In this document: piece after piece, positions 45,502 to 53,856 of the stretch | Position numbering within the stretch: the first letter of the stretch is position 1 | Layout: every line of letters begins with the position of its first letter | Virus record (IMG/VR): IMGVR_UViG_3300033076_000478 | Location: 1-53,856 of that record | Reading direction: 5' to 3' (one strand) | Length of the DNA stretch: 53,856 bases | From: a virus | Taxonomy: Duplodnaviria; Caudoviricetes | Made by a program: the position numbers and the translations under genes | The notes under the pieces: generated by a model | The model's input: the letters and a program-made list of their open reading frames with translations, nothing else | Told to the model about the DNA's origin: nothing | Databases searched by the model: none

Positions 45502-46116
45502 TCAGAAGGGAATTTCATCAGAGAAATCGCGGTTGGCCTTGGCAGCCTGCGCGGCGCTGTTGCGGTGCGCGTAGTCCTGCTCCACCTTGGCGCGCTCGAT
45601 CTCCTGCTGGGAGGAGATGGGGGCGCTCTTCGGGGACACCGCGCCAACCCAGTTGCCACGGGCGACCTCGCCGGTCATCTGGTCTTTCATCGACCAGACC
45701 ATCAGCTTGATGACCATCGGCTTGTTCGTCAGGTGCAGGGTCAACGCCTCATCGGTCGGCATGACCGGCTTGGCCAGCAGCTTGCCGCCCGCATTGGCGT
45801 CGATGGCACCCAGCATGCGCTTGGCCTTGTCACGCTTCTGGGCGACCTTCTCGGGCTTGGCGCGGGGATCAGCATCCAGAACCCAGAGCTTCTGGAAGAC
45901 CTTGCGGTTCTCGAACTCATCGGGGCGCAGGACTGACCAGCGGAGCGAGATGAAGCGGTTGCCCTGCTGATCCTTGTCCCACTTGGCTTCGTCAATCGCC
46001 GCGAGGACGGAGGTTTCGGCCGGGATCGGCTCAAGGTTGCCACCGCCGGCATCATGTTCGCCAGTGGAGGTTTGGGAGACGTCTTCGCCGTCGGAGAGGT
46101 TCCAGAAATCGCTCAC
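45502..46116 (-). CDS. single-stranded DNA-binding protein (DUF669-like)
   Basis: Follows Sak4; acidic DEIPF C-terminus; NRKVFQKLWV. Confidence 0.7.
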   Translation of the reverse strand: MSDFWNLSDGEDVSQTSTGEHDAGGGNLEPIPAETSVLAAIDEAKWDKDQQGNRFISLRWSVLRPDEFENRKVFQKLWVLDADPRAKPEKVAQKRDKAKRMLGAIDANAGGKLLAKPVMPTDEALTLHLTNKPMVIKLMVWSMKDQMTGEVARGNWVGAVSPKSAPISSQQEIERAKVEQDYAHRNSAAQAAKANRDFSDEIPF

Positions 46117-46883
46117 TTTGCTTCTTCCTTCTTGCTGTTCATGAACTGGGCGAGGGGGTTCTCGCCGATTTTGACCGGGATCGGCTCACTGATGCCGAAC
46201 CGATTTTTGGAGACGTTGGCGGCCATCGCGTGGCACACCAGTTCGCGATCTCCGGTGGAAATCGCTTTTTTCACATCGCCGTCGCCCTTGGTGAAGGTCT
46301 CGAGGCGGAGGAAGCCCACCAGATCGACGTTGTCGACGTAGGGCTGCATGGACTTCTCGTTCATCCGCATGGTGTAGCGGGTGAATGAATTGCCGTCTGG
46401 CGGGTTCACCGTGGAGGTGTCCGCATGGGACAGGAACACGACGTTCATGCCACGGTCAATGAGGTACTCGCACCCCTTGCGAAGCCGGCGGTGCATGCTG
46501 GAAACCATGTTCGGACCAGCGCCCCAGCCGCCCAGAGCCTGATTGATGCTCTTCGGCTTGTTCGGGTCGCTGTCGACCACATAGTCGACAAACATGGTGT
46601 CCAGAGTGGAGACGGTGTCAACGACCAGCGTCTCGTACGGGTGATCCTCCTTGGCCAGCGCCCAGATCTGGGGCCACAGGTCGTCGGGGGAGGTGAGGAC
46701 CGGAAACGCATCCGGCATGACGACCGGGCTGTTTTCGATGGACTTCAGGCCGTCTTCGGAGCGAATGAAGATGGGCTTGGGGAAGCAGGCTCCGATGGAG
46801 GTCTTCCCGAGACCGGCCTCGCCGATGATCGTGGCGGCGAGGGGGCGGGGCTTCGGTTTCGAGATCTGATTGAGTACGCTCAT
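46113..46883 (-). CDS. Sak4-like AAA ATPase (ssDNA annealing)
   Basis: GEAGLGKT Walker A, TLVVDT Walker B, SKNRFG. Confidence 0.85.
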   Translation of the reverse strand: MSVLNQISKPKPRPLAATIIGEAGLGKTSIGACFPKPIFIRSEDGLKSIENSPVVMPDAFPVLTSPDDLWPQIWALAKEDHPYETLVVDTVSTLDTMFVDYVVDSDPNKPKSINQALGGWGAGPNMVSSMHRRLRKGCEYLIDRGMNVVFLSHADTSTVNPPDGNSFTRYTMRMNEKSMQPYVDNVDLVGFLRLETFTKGDGDVKKAISTGDRELVCHAMAANVSKNRFGISEPIPVKIGENPLAQFMNSKKEEAK

Positions 46884-46908
46884 GTTTTCTCCTTCTCAAC
46901 GCCATTGA

Positions 46909-46936
46909 CCCTACGGACCATTTGTGGGATTGTCAA
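46909..46936 (-). promoter_or_regulatory. leftward promoter in the divergent control region
   Basis: Minus strand TTGACA-N17-TAGGGT upstream of an AAGGAG RBS. Confidence 0.5.
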
Positions 46937-46965
46937 CACACGAACTGAACCAAAGGAACAAAAAA

Positions 46966-47175
46966 GTGTCCAAGAACCCCGAAATCCGTGCTGTTATCAA
47001 CGAGCATCTCGTGCGTATCCGCGAGGCCCTCAAAGACCGCGTACATGTGAAGGTGGCGGAGGCGACTGGTTTGCATCCGAACACCATCAGGAATATCGTC
47101 AACAACCCCACCCAATCCTTCTCGATTTCGACCATCGAGAAGCTGAACGCATATCTCTTCCCGAACAAGGGCTAA
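46966..47175 (+). CDS. Cro-like HTH regulator
   Basis: KVAEATGLHPNTIRNI HTH motif; AAGGA RBS; divergent position. Confidence 0.75.
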   Translation: MSKNPEIRAVINEHLVRIREALKDRVHVKVAEATGLHPNTIRNIVNNPTQSFSISTIEKLNAYLFPNKG

Positions 47176-47178
47176 CAG

Positions 47179-49482
47179 TTGATGGAATACCGCATCTTTT
47201 GGGAGGCTGGATTTCGCGTCTTTGGGCTTTACGGCCGTGGCAAGGACGGGAAATGTGAGTGCGGGAACCCCAACTGTCCTGAGAAGTCCCTGTTCAAGCA
47301 CCCCCGGGTGTCGAACTGGCAGCATACGCCCCACTGGTCCGAAGAGCAGCTCGAGACCATGGAGATGATGGGCCACTTCAAGACCGGCTACGGCATCAGC
47401 ATGCGCGAGACCCTCGTGGTGGACGTGGACGCCCGCAACGGTGGCATGCAGAGCTATGCCAAGCTGCTGGAGGACGTGCCATCGGTGGCGTCCTCCGGCC
47501 TTATCGTTAACACCGGATCCGGGGGCGGATCGAAGCACCTGTTCTTCAAGGTGCCCGAGGGAATGGCGCTGGTGTCGCGCCTGCCCCAGTACCCCGGTCT
47601 GGACTTCAAAAGCGGCGCGGCCTTCGTGGTCGGCGCTGGGTCGATGCATGCCAGTGGGGCGCGGTACGAGATTGCCTACGGCAGCCCTGACGACATCGAC
47701 ATGGCACCAGATGAATTGCTGGAGCTTCTGAAGGTGCCGGAGCGGCATCGTGCCGACGTAGGCGGCCGGTCAATCGACGTCTCGCACGGCGACCTTGAGG
47801 AAATGCTCAGGCACATTCCCAACAACGATCTGGACTATGACCAGTGGGTCAAGATCGGCATGGCCCTGCACCACGCTACAGGCGGCGCGGCGTTCGAGCT
47901 TTGGGACAAATGGTCCCAGCAGTCCTCGAAGTACGACGACACCGCCATGTCCAACAAGTGGCACAGCTTCGGCCGGTCGGCCAACCCGGTCACGCTGGGG
48001 ACGCTGATCCACTACGCCGAGCAGGGCGGCTACGTCCAGCCGGTCACCTTCACGCCGGACAAGGAGTTCGACTTTGAGGTGCCGGAGGAGTTCTCCAGCC
48101 CGAAGGCCATCGACATCTCCAGCTTCGACCCGCTGCGGCCCCCGGGCTTTGCCGGCAAGCTGGCGACGTGGATCGAGAGTCGGACACGCCGGAAGCGCGA
48201 GACACTGGCGTCCATGGCCGCGATCTGGGTCATGGGCGTGGTCTTTGGCCTGCGGTACCGCGACGACCGGGACCGGGCGATCCCCAACCTGTTCCTGTTC
48301 AACGTGGCAGGATCCGGGTCCGGCAAGGAAGGCATCATGCAGGCCTGTGCCGAGATCATCAGCATCTGCGGGATGTCGGCGGCTGTGCATGGCACCATCA
48401 AGTCGGAGCAGGAGATCACCCGCAACCTGACCCGGCACCAGATGGCGACCTACCTGATAGACGAGGTGGGGTTCCTGCTGCAGAAAATCGACGGCGCGAA
48501 GAAGTCCGGTGCCAGCTATCTCGAGGGCGTCATGGGACTCCTGATGTCGGCATATTCGAAGAGCGACAGCCGGCTGATTGTCTCGGGCGACATGAAGGAA
48601 GACGTGCGCGCCCAGCTGATGAAGGAGTTAAGCCAGCTGAACAAGGCCATGGATGAGGGCGAGAAACCCCACCTGCTGGAGCGGGCGAAGGCGGTGGAAC
48701 ACCAGCTGGACACGCTTGACGAGGGCATCGACAGGCCGTTTCTCGCGATCTCTGGCTTCACCACGTCGAAGAACTTCAGCACTCTGGTCAATTACGAGGC
48801 CGCGACGACCGGCATGATCGGCCGGTCGATCCTCGCCATCGAGCAGGACACCGCGCCGCCCACCAAGAAGCGCTGGAAGAAGACCGAGCTTCCCGAGGAC
48901 ATGCGGCAAACCATCCTCCAGCTGGTGCATGGCGGGCACTTTGACACGACCAAGAGCCTGAGCCGCCGGGTGGAGAATTATGCCGAGCGGATCGAGATCC
49001 CCACCACGCAGGAGGCGAACGACCTGCTGGACAACATCATGGACCTGTTCGACCGGTCGGCGTACGAACACAAGTCCTCCACCGGGCTGGAGGCGCTCCA
49101 CCTGCGCGGCTACGAGCAGGTCACCAAGATCAGCCTGATCCTGTCGATCCCAGAGGGTGTCCGCACGGCAGAGAACGTCCGCTGGGCATATGGCCTCGTC
49201 CGCCGGGACATCGAGAAAAAGATGATGCTGGTCTTGGCGAACGACAACGAGAAGTCGAACCCAAGCCGGGCGCTGCAGATGAGCATCGCGCAGATGCTGG
49301 ACGGCGAGGATGGCGAGACGCTGGGCGTCATCGTCAACCGGCTGGAGCGGAAGTTCAAGAAGGAAGACATCACCGCCTGCCTAGAGCGGATGGTGGCGTC
49401 CAAGATGATCTCCAAGGAAGAGAAACAGCACCGCTACAACAAAAAGATGATCGTACGATATAAACTCGTACATTCCGCTTGA
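47179..49482 (+). CDS. primase-polymerase with PriCT-2 and C-terminal P-loop helicase-like domain
   Basis: VVDVD..NGG, TGSGG..HLFF, YDQWVKIGMALH...W..WS, AGSGSGKE and IDE motifs. Confidence 0.88.
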   Translation: MMEYRIFWEAGFRVFGLYGRGKDGKCECGNPNCPEKSLFKHPRVSNWQHTPHWSEEQLETMEMMGHFKTGYGISMRETLVVDVDARNGGMQSYAKLLEDVPSVASSGLIVNTGSGGGSKHLFFKVPEGMALVSRLPQYPGLDFKSGAAFVVGAGSMHASGARYEIAYGSPDDIDMAPDELLELLKVPERHRADVGGRSIDVSHGDLEEMLRHIPNNDLDYDQWVKIGMALHHATGGAAFELWDKWSQQSSKYDDTAMSNKWHSFGRSANPVTLGTLIHYAEQGGYVQPVTFTPDKEFDFEVPEEFSSPKAIDISSFDPLRPPGFAGKLATWIESRTRRKRETLASMAAIWVMGVVFGLRYRDDRDRAIPNLFLFNVAGSGSGKEGIMQACAEIISICGMSAAVHGTIKSEQEITRNLTRHQMATYLIDEVGFLLQKIDGAKKSGASYLEGVMGLLMSAYSKSDSRLIVSGDMKEDVRAQLMKELSQLNKAMDEGEKPHLLERAKAVEHQLDTLDEGIDRPFLAISGFTTSKNFSTLVNYEAATTGMIGRSILAIEQDTAPPTKKRWKKTELPEDMRQTILQLVHGGHFDTTKSLSRRVENYAERIEIPTTQEANDLLDNIMDLFDRSAYEHKSSTGLEALHLRGYEQVTKISLILSIPEGVRTAENVRWAYGLVRRDIEKKMMLVLANDNEKSNPSRALQMSIAQMLDGEDGETLGVIVNRLERKFKKEDITACLERMVASKMISKEEKQHRYNKKMIVRYKLVHSA

Positions 49483-49507
49483 CGGCCTTGCCACAAGTCT
49501 TTATGAC
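49479..49507 (+). promoter_or_regulatory. putative promoter
   Basis: TTGACG-N17-TATGAC before an AAGGAG RBS. Confidence 0.4.
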
Positions 49508-49535
49508 TTAACTCACAAGAAAAGGAGTTCCGAAG

Positions 49536-50102
49536 ATGGAAATGTCTCGCAACCGCACCGTCGAAATCGCGCAGCGCCTGCGTACCGTGGCAAGCTGGAA
49601 TGACTTCGCCCGCGACCTGCTCTCCGACATGGAGCATGGCCGCGTGGTGACCGCGAACCAGCTGATCGCCGCCGAGCGCATGATGGACAAGCTGGACGCC
49701 CGCAAGGCTGCGTCGGCCCCCGCCACCGTCGACCTGTCGCGCATCCGCGTCATGTTCGAGGCCGCCGTGGCCAGCGGTCACGACCGCCCGATCTACCGGG
49801 CCGAGGGCCTGAAGATCACGCTGGCTCCGGCCACCGGCCGCAACGCTGGCTGCCTGTACGTCGTGGATCTGGACCGCGACGAATATCAGGGCAAAGTCGA
49901 AGGCGACCAGTTCAAGCGCGTCGGCACCGCCTCTCCCCTGACCCTCCCCGCCCTGCTCCGTATTGCTGCGGATCCTCTCAAGGCCGCCATCGACTACGGC
50001 CGCCTGACCGGCAAGTGCGCCTGCTGCGGCCGCAAGCTGACCAACAAGATCAGCGTGGAACTGGGCATCGGCCCGATCTGCCGCGACAACTGGGGGTTCT
50101 GA
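49536..50102 (+). CDS. DUF6011-like Zn-finger protein
   Basis: C-terminal CACCGRKLTN..S...GIGPIC. Confidence 0.75.
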   Translation: MEMSRNRTVEIAQRLRTVASWNDFARDLLSDMEHGRVVTANQLIAAERMMDKLDARKAASAPATVDLSRIRVMFEAAVASGHDRPIYRAEGLKITLAPATGRNAGCLYVVDLDRDEYQGKVEGDQFKRVGTASPLTLPALLRIAADPLKAAIDYGRLTGKCACCGRKLTNKISVELGIGPICRDNWGF

Positions 50103-50326
50103 TGTCCAAGAAAGAATACGAACAGCAGTTTTCGACCGTGAACATCACCACCATGGATGGTCACATCATCACCTTCGTGATGTCCGCCGGCCCCCGGCTG
50201 ATGTCCTACGTCACCGAGGAGGCCAGCAGGTCTGGCTTCCTCACCCTCAGGAACGACGAAGTCGGCACGGCCATCAGCGTCCCCACCTCAAACATCCACA
50301 ACATCGAAGCGAGGCTCCTGAAATGA
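50102..50326 (+). CDS. hypothetical protein
   Basis: TGATG coupling, 74 aa. Confidence 0.65.
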   Translation: MSKKEYEQQFSTVNITTMDGHIITFVMSAGPRLMSYVTEEASRSGFLTLRNDEVGTAISVPTSNIHNIEARLLK

Positions 50327-50712
50327 TCACCATCGCAGCTGCAACCTGCCTCGCCCTGAACGTTTATTTCGAGGCGCGGGATCAGGATCTGGACGGCCAG
50401 CGCATGGTCGCCGAGGTCACCATGGAGCGGGTTCACCGCTCCGGCTTCCCCAAGAGCGTCTGCGCCGTGGTGTATGAGCATGGGGCGTTCTCTTGGACGG
50501 AGGACGGCAAATCTGACCGCCCCAAGGACGTCTATGCGTGGCTGCAGGCGCAGGCCATCGCCAACGAGGTGCTGCTGTATGGCTGCACCCTCTGCACCGG
50601 GGCGCTCTACTATCACACGTCCAGCACCTACCCGGACTGGGCCAAGGACATGGACTTCATGGGCGTGTGGGGCGACCACGTATTCTACGCGCCGAAGGGA
50701 GATGACGAATGA
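50323..50712 (+). CDS. cell wall hydrolase, SleB/Hydrolase_2 family
   Basis: CLALNVYFEAR...VA.V...R.....P..VC.VV....FSW...GALYYH...P.WA...G.HVFY. Confidence 0.9.
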   Translation: MITIAAATCLALNVYFEARDQDLDGQRMVAEVTMERVHRSGFPKSVCAVVYEHGAFSWTEDGKSDRPKDVYAWLQAQAIANEVLLYGCTLCTGALYYHTSSTYPDWAKDMDFMGVWGDHVFYAPKGDDE

Positions 50713-51005
50713 GCGACGATAAATTGATCCGGCGCAGGGATGCGCTGAAATTTGTAGAGATGGGCGCGGACTGGTGGAACGCTCATGAGGCCATCTCTGC
50801 CCTGCCCACCGTCGATCCTATGGACGACCATCGCGTCAAGGCGCTGATCGCCCGCGCCGAAGCCGCCGAGGCTGCGCTGCGAGAGGCGGCTGGCCTGCTG
50901 GCGTGGTGGCAGGAATATGACGATGGGACAGCCTCTGGATACGCCGCACAGCGTACGGCTACGACCGCCTTCATCGCCAAGCACAAGGAGGCCGGCCGTG
51001 AGTGA
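50709..51005 (+). CDS. hypothetical protein
   Basis: ATGA coupling; ARAEAAEAAL coil. Confidence 0.65.
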   Translation: MSDDKLIRRRDALKFVEMGADWWNAHEAISALPTVDPMDDHRVKALIARAEAAEAALREAAGLLAWWQEYDDGTASGYAAQRTATTAFIAKHKEAGRE

Positions 51006-51198
51006 CGACTGGAAAGGCGAGGACAAGATCCGCCGGGTGCCCACCAAGGAGGAGAGGATCTTCGGCACCAGATCTCTGGCGTCCAGCATATCCCACAAAC
51101 GGCGCACGGCAGCCGGGACGAACATGTCCCGCACGAACGGGTACTGGTCCGACAGCATCAGGATCTGGCACCGCATCTACAATTCTGAGGAGGTCTGA
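50998..51198 (+). CDS. hypothetical protein
   Basis: GGAGG RBS, GTG start. Confidence 0.55.
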   Translation: MSDDWKGEDKIRRVPTKEERIFGTRSLASSISHKRRTAAGTNMSRTNGYWSDSIRIWHRIYNSEEV

Positions 51199-51199
51199 C

Positions 51200-51382
51200 A
51201 TGAGTGGAAAATCGAAAGCATGCGAAGCGCTGCGGGCCGCCGGGTACCTCGCCCTGCCCCGCTGGTGGGTCACGCAGGACCAGTTCGACGTCATCGAGAG
51301 GATGGCCAAGGGCAACCGCGATGAGGTCTACCGGATCAAATATGAGGCCACCGGAAGGCACTTCATCGACCCCCGAGACTGA
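51200..51382 (+). CDS. hypothetical protein
   Basis: GAGGAGG RBS, 60 aa. Confidence 0.65.
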   Translation: MSGKSKACEALRAAGYLALPRWWVTQDQFDVIERMAKGNRDEVYRIKYEATGRHFIDPRD

Positions 51383-51392
51383 CAAGAAGTTG

Positions 51393-51421
51393 TTGCACAT
51401 TCCACAGCGCTGCTGTATTAA
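51393..51421 (+). promoter_or_regulatory. sigma70-like promoter
   Basis: TTGCAC-N17-TATTAA in an AT-rich intergenic region. Confidence 0.5.
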
Positions 51422-51456
51422 ATGAACATCCTGACCCGCAAAAAGGAACATCTGAA

Positions 51457-51870
51457 ATGAACCCCGTCGACATCAAGAACAAGCTTGCGTCACTTGAACA
51501 GCAGGTCCGCGACCTCGGATACGTTCGCGTCAGGGCGAGCCTGTACATCAACTTCCTCAACGAAGGGATGTCCGTCAGCGTCGAATATCGCGCAGCTTCT
51601 GACGCCCGCGCTGAAGATAAGTTCATCCACTCTTCCTATGAAGCTGGATATGACGCCCTGTTCGAGAAGGTCGAAACGTTCATCAAGAGCCTTCCCCCCA
51701 TCGCCGAGAAGCGCAAGCAGGAGTTCATCGCAAAACTTGGCAGCCTCCTCGAAATGGGGCGCGAGATCGGCATCGAGGTCGACTTCATCAACCCCCTGAC
51801 GGACATGATGAAGAAGCTGTCCTCCAACATCATCACCAAGGTCGAAGACGAAGTGGAATTGCCCTTCTGA
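51457..51870 (+). CDS. hypothetical protein
   Basis: 137 aa, AAGGA RBS, acidic ELPF C-terminus. Confidence 0.75.
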   Translation: MNPVDIKNKLASLEQQVRDLGYVRVRASLYINFLNEGMSVSVEYRAASDARAEDKFIHSSYEAGYDALFEKVETFIKSLPPIAEKRKQEFIAKLGSLLEMGREIGIEVDFINPLTDMMKKLSSNIITKVEDEVELPF

Positions 51871-51899
51871 TCGACACCACGCCAGCAAAGGAGATCCCT

Positions 51900-52103
51900 A
51901 TGGCAAACCAGAACGTCCTCGAAATCAAGATCAAGGCCCACCTCGTGGTGGGCAAGTCCCTCGATGAGGCGCACGAGGCGCTGTCCATCGCGAAGAACGC
52001 GCAGGAGACCGGCGACTACACCGACCTGCTGCGCCACGCCAAGGTGCTGGAAGTCACGGTCGACCAGCGCACCCGTCGGATCGCCGACGAACCCACCGTC
52101 TAA
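51900..52103 (+). CDS. hypothetical protein
   Basis: AAGGAG RBS, 67 aa. Confidence 0.7.
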   Translation: MANQNVLEIKIKAHLVVGKSLDEAHEALSIAKNAQETGDYTDLLRHAKVLEVTVDQRTRRIADEPTV

Positions 52104-52126
52104 CCAACACCCAAGGGAGACCACAC

Positions 52127-52564
52127 ATGTTCGGAAAACTGTTCGGCAAGAAGGCCGAGGCTGCGGTTCAGAAGTTCTCTGGCCGCACCGACTTCCTCGA
52201 AAGCGTCTGTGCTGCGGCGGCCCTGATTGCGGCCGCTGACGGCGAGATCGAGGACGCCGAGGTCAAGGCCACCATCAAGGCCGTGAAGGCCAACAAATCG
52301 CTGGCTGGTGGCTTTGACCAGTCCACCATCGAGGCCACCATCAACAAGATGCTGGACCGCGCTGGCGGCGGCCGTGTGGGCCGCATGGGCCTCTGGGACG
52401 AGATCCGCGAGGTCTCCAAAGACCCAGAGATGGCGCAGGCCGTGGTCCTCACCGCGCTGGACGTGGCAGAGGGCGATGGCGAGATCGAGCCGGCTGAAAA
52501 GGCCGTGCTTGACCGGCTGGCCAAGGAGCTGTCGGTCGATCTGAGCCGCCTGATGGCCGCCTGA
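52127..52564 (+). CDS. terB: TerB-family protein
   Basis: ALIAAADGEIEDAE...VAEGDGEIEPAEKAVL duplicated acidic motif. Confidence 0.85.
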   Translation: MFGKLFGKKAEAAVQKFSGRTDFLESVCAAAALIAAADGEIEDAEVKATIKAVKANKSLAGGFDQSTIEATINKMLDRAGGGRVGRMGLWDEIREVSKDPEMAQAVVLTALDVAEGDGEIEPAEKAVLDRLAKELSVDLSRLMAA

Positions 52565-52704
52565 TGGGCCGCCTGATCACGGGGGTGGCGGCCACGGTGC
52601 TGGTGATCGTCGCCCAGACCATCTTCCCCTTCGCATTCGACTTCGTGTCCACGCTGGCCGTCTACGGCCTCGGCGTGGTGGTCGGGGCGACCAAAGCAAA
52701 GTAA
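52564..52704 (+). CDS. small two-TM membrane protein (46 aa, absent from ORF track)
   Basis: TGATG coupling to terB; MGRLITGVAATVLVIVAQTIFPFAFDFVSTLAVYGLGVVVGATKAK. Confidence 0.65.
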   Translation: MGRLITGVAATVLVIVAQTIFPFAFDFVSTLAVYGLGVVVGATKAK

Positions 52705-52708
52705 CCGA

Positions 52709-52726
52709 GGGGGCGTTCGCGCCCCC
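52709..52726 (+). promoter_or_regulatory. UUCG stem-loop
   Basis: GGGGGCG-TTCG-CGCCCCC with a weak tail. Confidence 0.5.
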
Positions 52727-52742
52727 TTCTCAACATCTGGAG

Positions 52743-53036
52743 ATGAACGTGAAGAAAGTTATCAAGAACGGAGACCGCTACGTCGTCACGAGCGGCTACG
52801 ACAAAATCGAGTACATGGAGGTCCGCTCCCGTACGCCGAACGAAGAGGCGGCGTTTGCCATGTCGATGATCGAGAAGTGGGCGCTGGGGGTGGGCCGTAA
52901 TGAGGCCCTCATGAAGCCGGAGGAGGCCGTGGAGAGGGCCTTTACCATTGCCCGGCTGACCTACCAGCACATCAAGGACAACCGCATGTCTACGCCCTTC
53001 CCTATGGCCAAGGTGTTCGGCAAAGATGGCGAATGA
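52743..53036 (+). CDS. hypothetical protein
   Basis: 97 aa, GGAG upstream. Confidence 0.65.
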   Translation: MNVKKVIKNGDRYVVTSGYDKIEYMEVRSRTPNEEAAFAMSMIEKWALGVGRNEALMKPEEAVERAFTIARLTYQHIKDNRMSTPFPMAKVFGKDGE

Positions 53037-53054
53037 GATCTGCAGATTTGAATG

Positions 53055-53088
53055 AAAGAAGGGGGGCCTCGCGGTCCCCCTTTTGCTT
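53055..53088. terminator. bidirectional terminator between convergent genes
   Basis: A-rich lead, GGGGGGCC-TCGC-GGTCCCCC stem, TTTTGCTTT tail. Confidence 0.75.
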
Positions 53089-53501
53089 TAGAGCCTGATC
53101 AACTCGTCAACCGGATCCGGCTCAGAGAACTGGCGGAAGGGGAAGAAGAACCGGCCATCCTCCAGCTGGTCCCATGTCACATCTACGGTGCCAGCCCCGT
53201 CCTTAGTCGCGATCCTGTCTCTGATCTTGGCCGGCATCATCACCGTGAGGCAGTTCCCTGTTGAGTTTGGGCTGAGCTTGCGGTTCCCAGTCGGAGACAG
53301 CTCCAGCGTGAACCCATCTGCCGACATGTAGAAGTTCACCGCCATAATGTCACCGGCAATGCACAAGGGCACCACCATATAGGCCGTCTTCTTTGGGCCA
53401 TAGTCCCGCACGGCGAAGGCTTGCCGCTTCTTCCTGCCGGAGCTGTGCTTCCAGAAGGGTTCGTCGTCGTCTCTCTCGATCAGATGCTCGTCGGTGTTCA
53501 T
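53088..53501 (-). CDS. hypothetical protein
   Basis: Open ORF ending at the terminator; start at 53501 (GGAG upstream) or 53531. Confidence 0.65.
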   Translation of the reverse strand: MNTDEHLIERDDDEPFWKHSSGRKKRQAFAVRDYGPKKTAYMVVPLCIAGDIMAVNFYMSADGFTLELSPTGNRKLSPNSTGNCLTVMMPAKIRDRIATKDGAGTVDVTWDQLEDGRFFFPFRQFSEPDPVDELIRL

Positions 53502-53531
53502 ATTAATCTCCAGATTTTCGAAGTACTGCAT

Positions 53532-53856
53532 TTAAGTTTTTCTGCTCGGTCGCATCAACCCCGCCAGAGTACATAATCACTGCAGGGGGTGGATACGCAG
53601 GATCGTGGGTACCTACTTTTGGATCAGGGCGCTTTAATAATAAAGGCCCTTCTCTATAAGAGAAGGATATATCTCTCTATCATAATATTTCTCCTTGAGT
53701 CCTTAAGTGAAAAAGTGCCTATCAGAGATCCCTTGGTCCTGTCTTGTGTCGGTCGGTGACTGTCTCTCAGGGAGAGGTATCTTGGTACTGGGGATGGATA
53801 GATGTTGCGTAGGTACTCTTCTACTTAAGTACGCACTATTTCCCTGCAATATCAAA
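53532..53856. other. AT-rich non-coding region
   Basis: Sharp GC drop, no ORF of 60 aa or more, short inverted repeats. Confidence 0.6.

Noticed and set aside
46884-47175. Lysogeny switch / prophage
   Set aside because: Only a Cro-like HTH is present; no CI-like repressor, integrase or host flanks are visible.

Overview
This window is most of the genome of a GC-rich tailed dsDNA phage with a podovirus-like layout. An alphaproteobacterial host is a weak inference only. The plus strand (1-39.4 kb) starts with nucleotide-metabolism genes interleaved with two endonuclease-VII-type HNH genes. It continues with the portal, two large polyvalent proteins (ART-like, GNAT, HhH-GPD-like, InPase domains), a Lys/Gly-rich protein, GroES and scaffold, then a tRNA(CAT)/structured-RNA island, the major capsid gene, tail/adaptor genes, a heme oxygenase-like gene, a lysis cassette and ejection proteins. 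The minus strand (39.4-46.9 kb) holds VRR-NUC, SF2 helicase, ThyX, YqaJ exonuclease, SSB and Sak4. A divergent plus-strand block (47-53 kb) holds an HTH gene, primase-polymerase/helicase and small accessory genes. No terminase, replicative DNA polymerase or integrase is recognisable. The top candidate for an undescribed system is a short double-glycine motif (roughly [FYMKR]-[AK]-x-G-G-x-[VA]), seen about 28 times in six putative virion-cargo proteins and mostly at domain junctions. It is accompanied by a recurring [VI]xxALxx[AS] helix near their termini and a 42-aa gene overprinted inside one of them, which suggests a tag-and-process code for injected effector polyproteins. All family calls come from motif recognition by eye; no database search was run.
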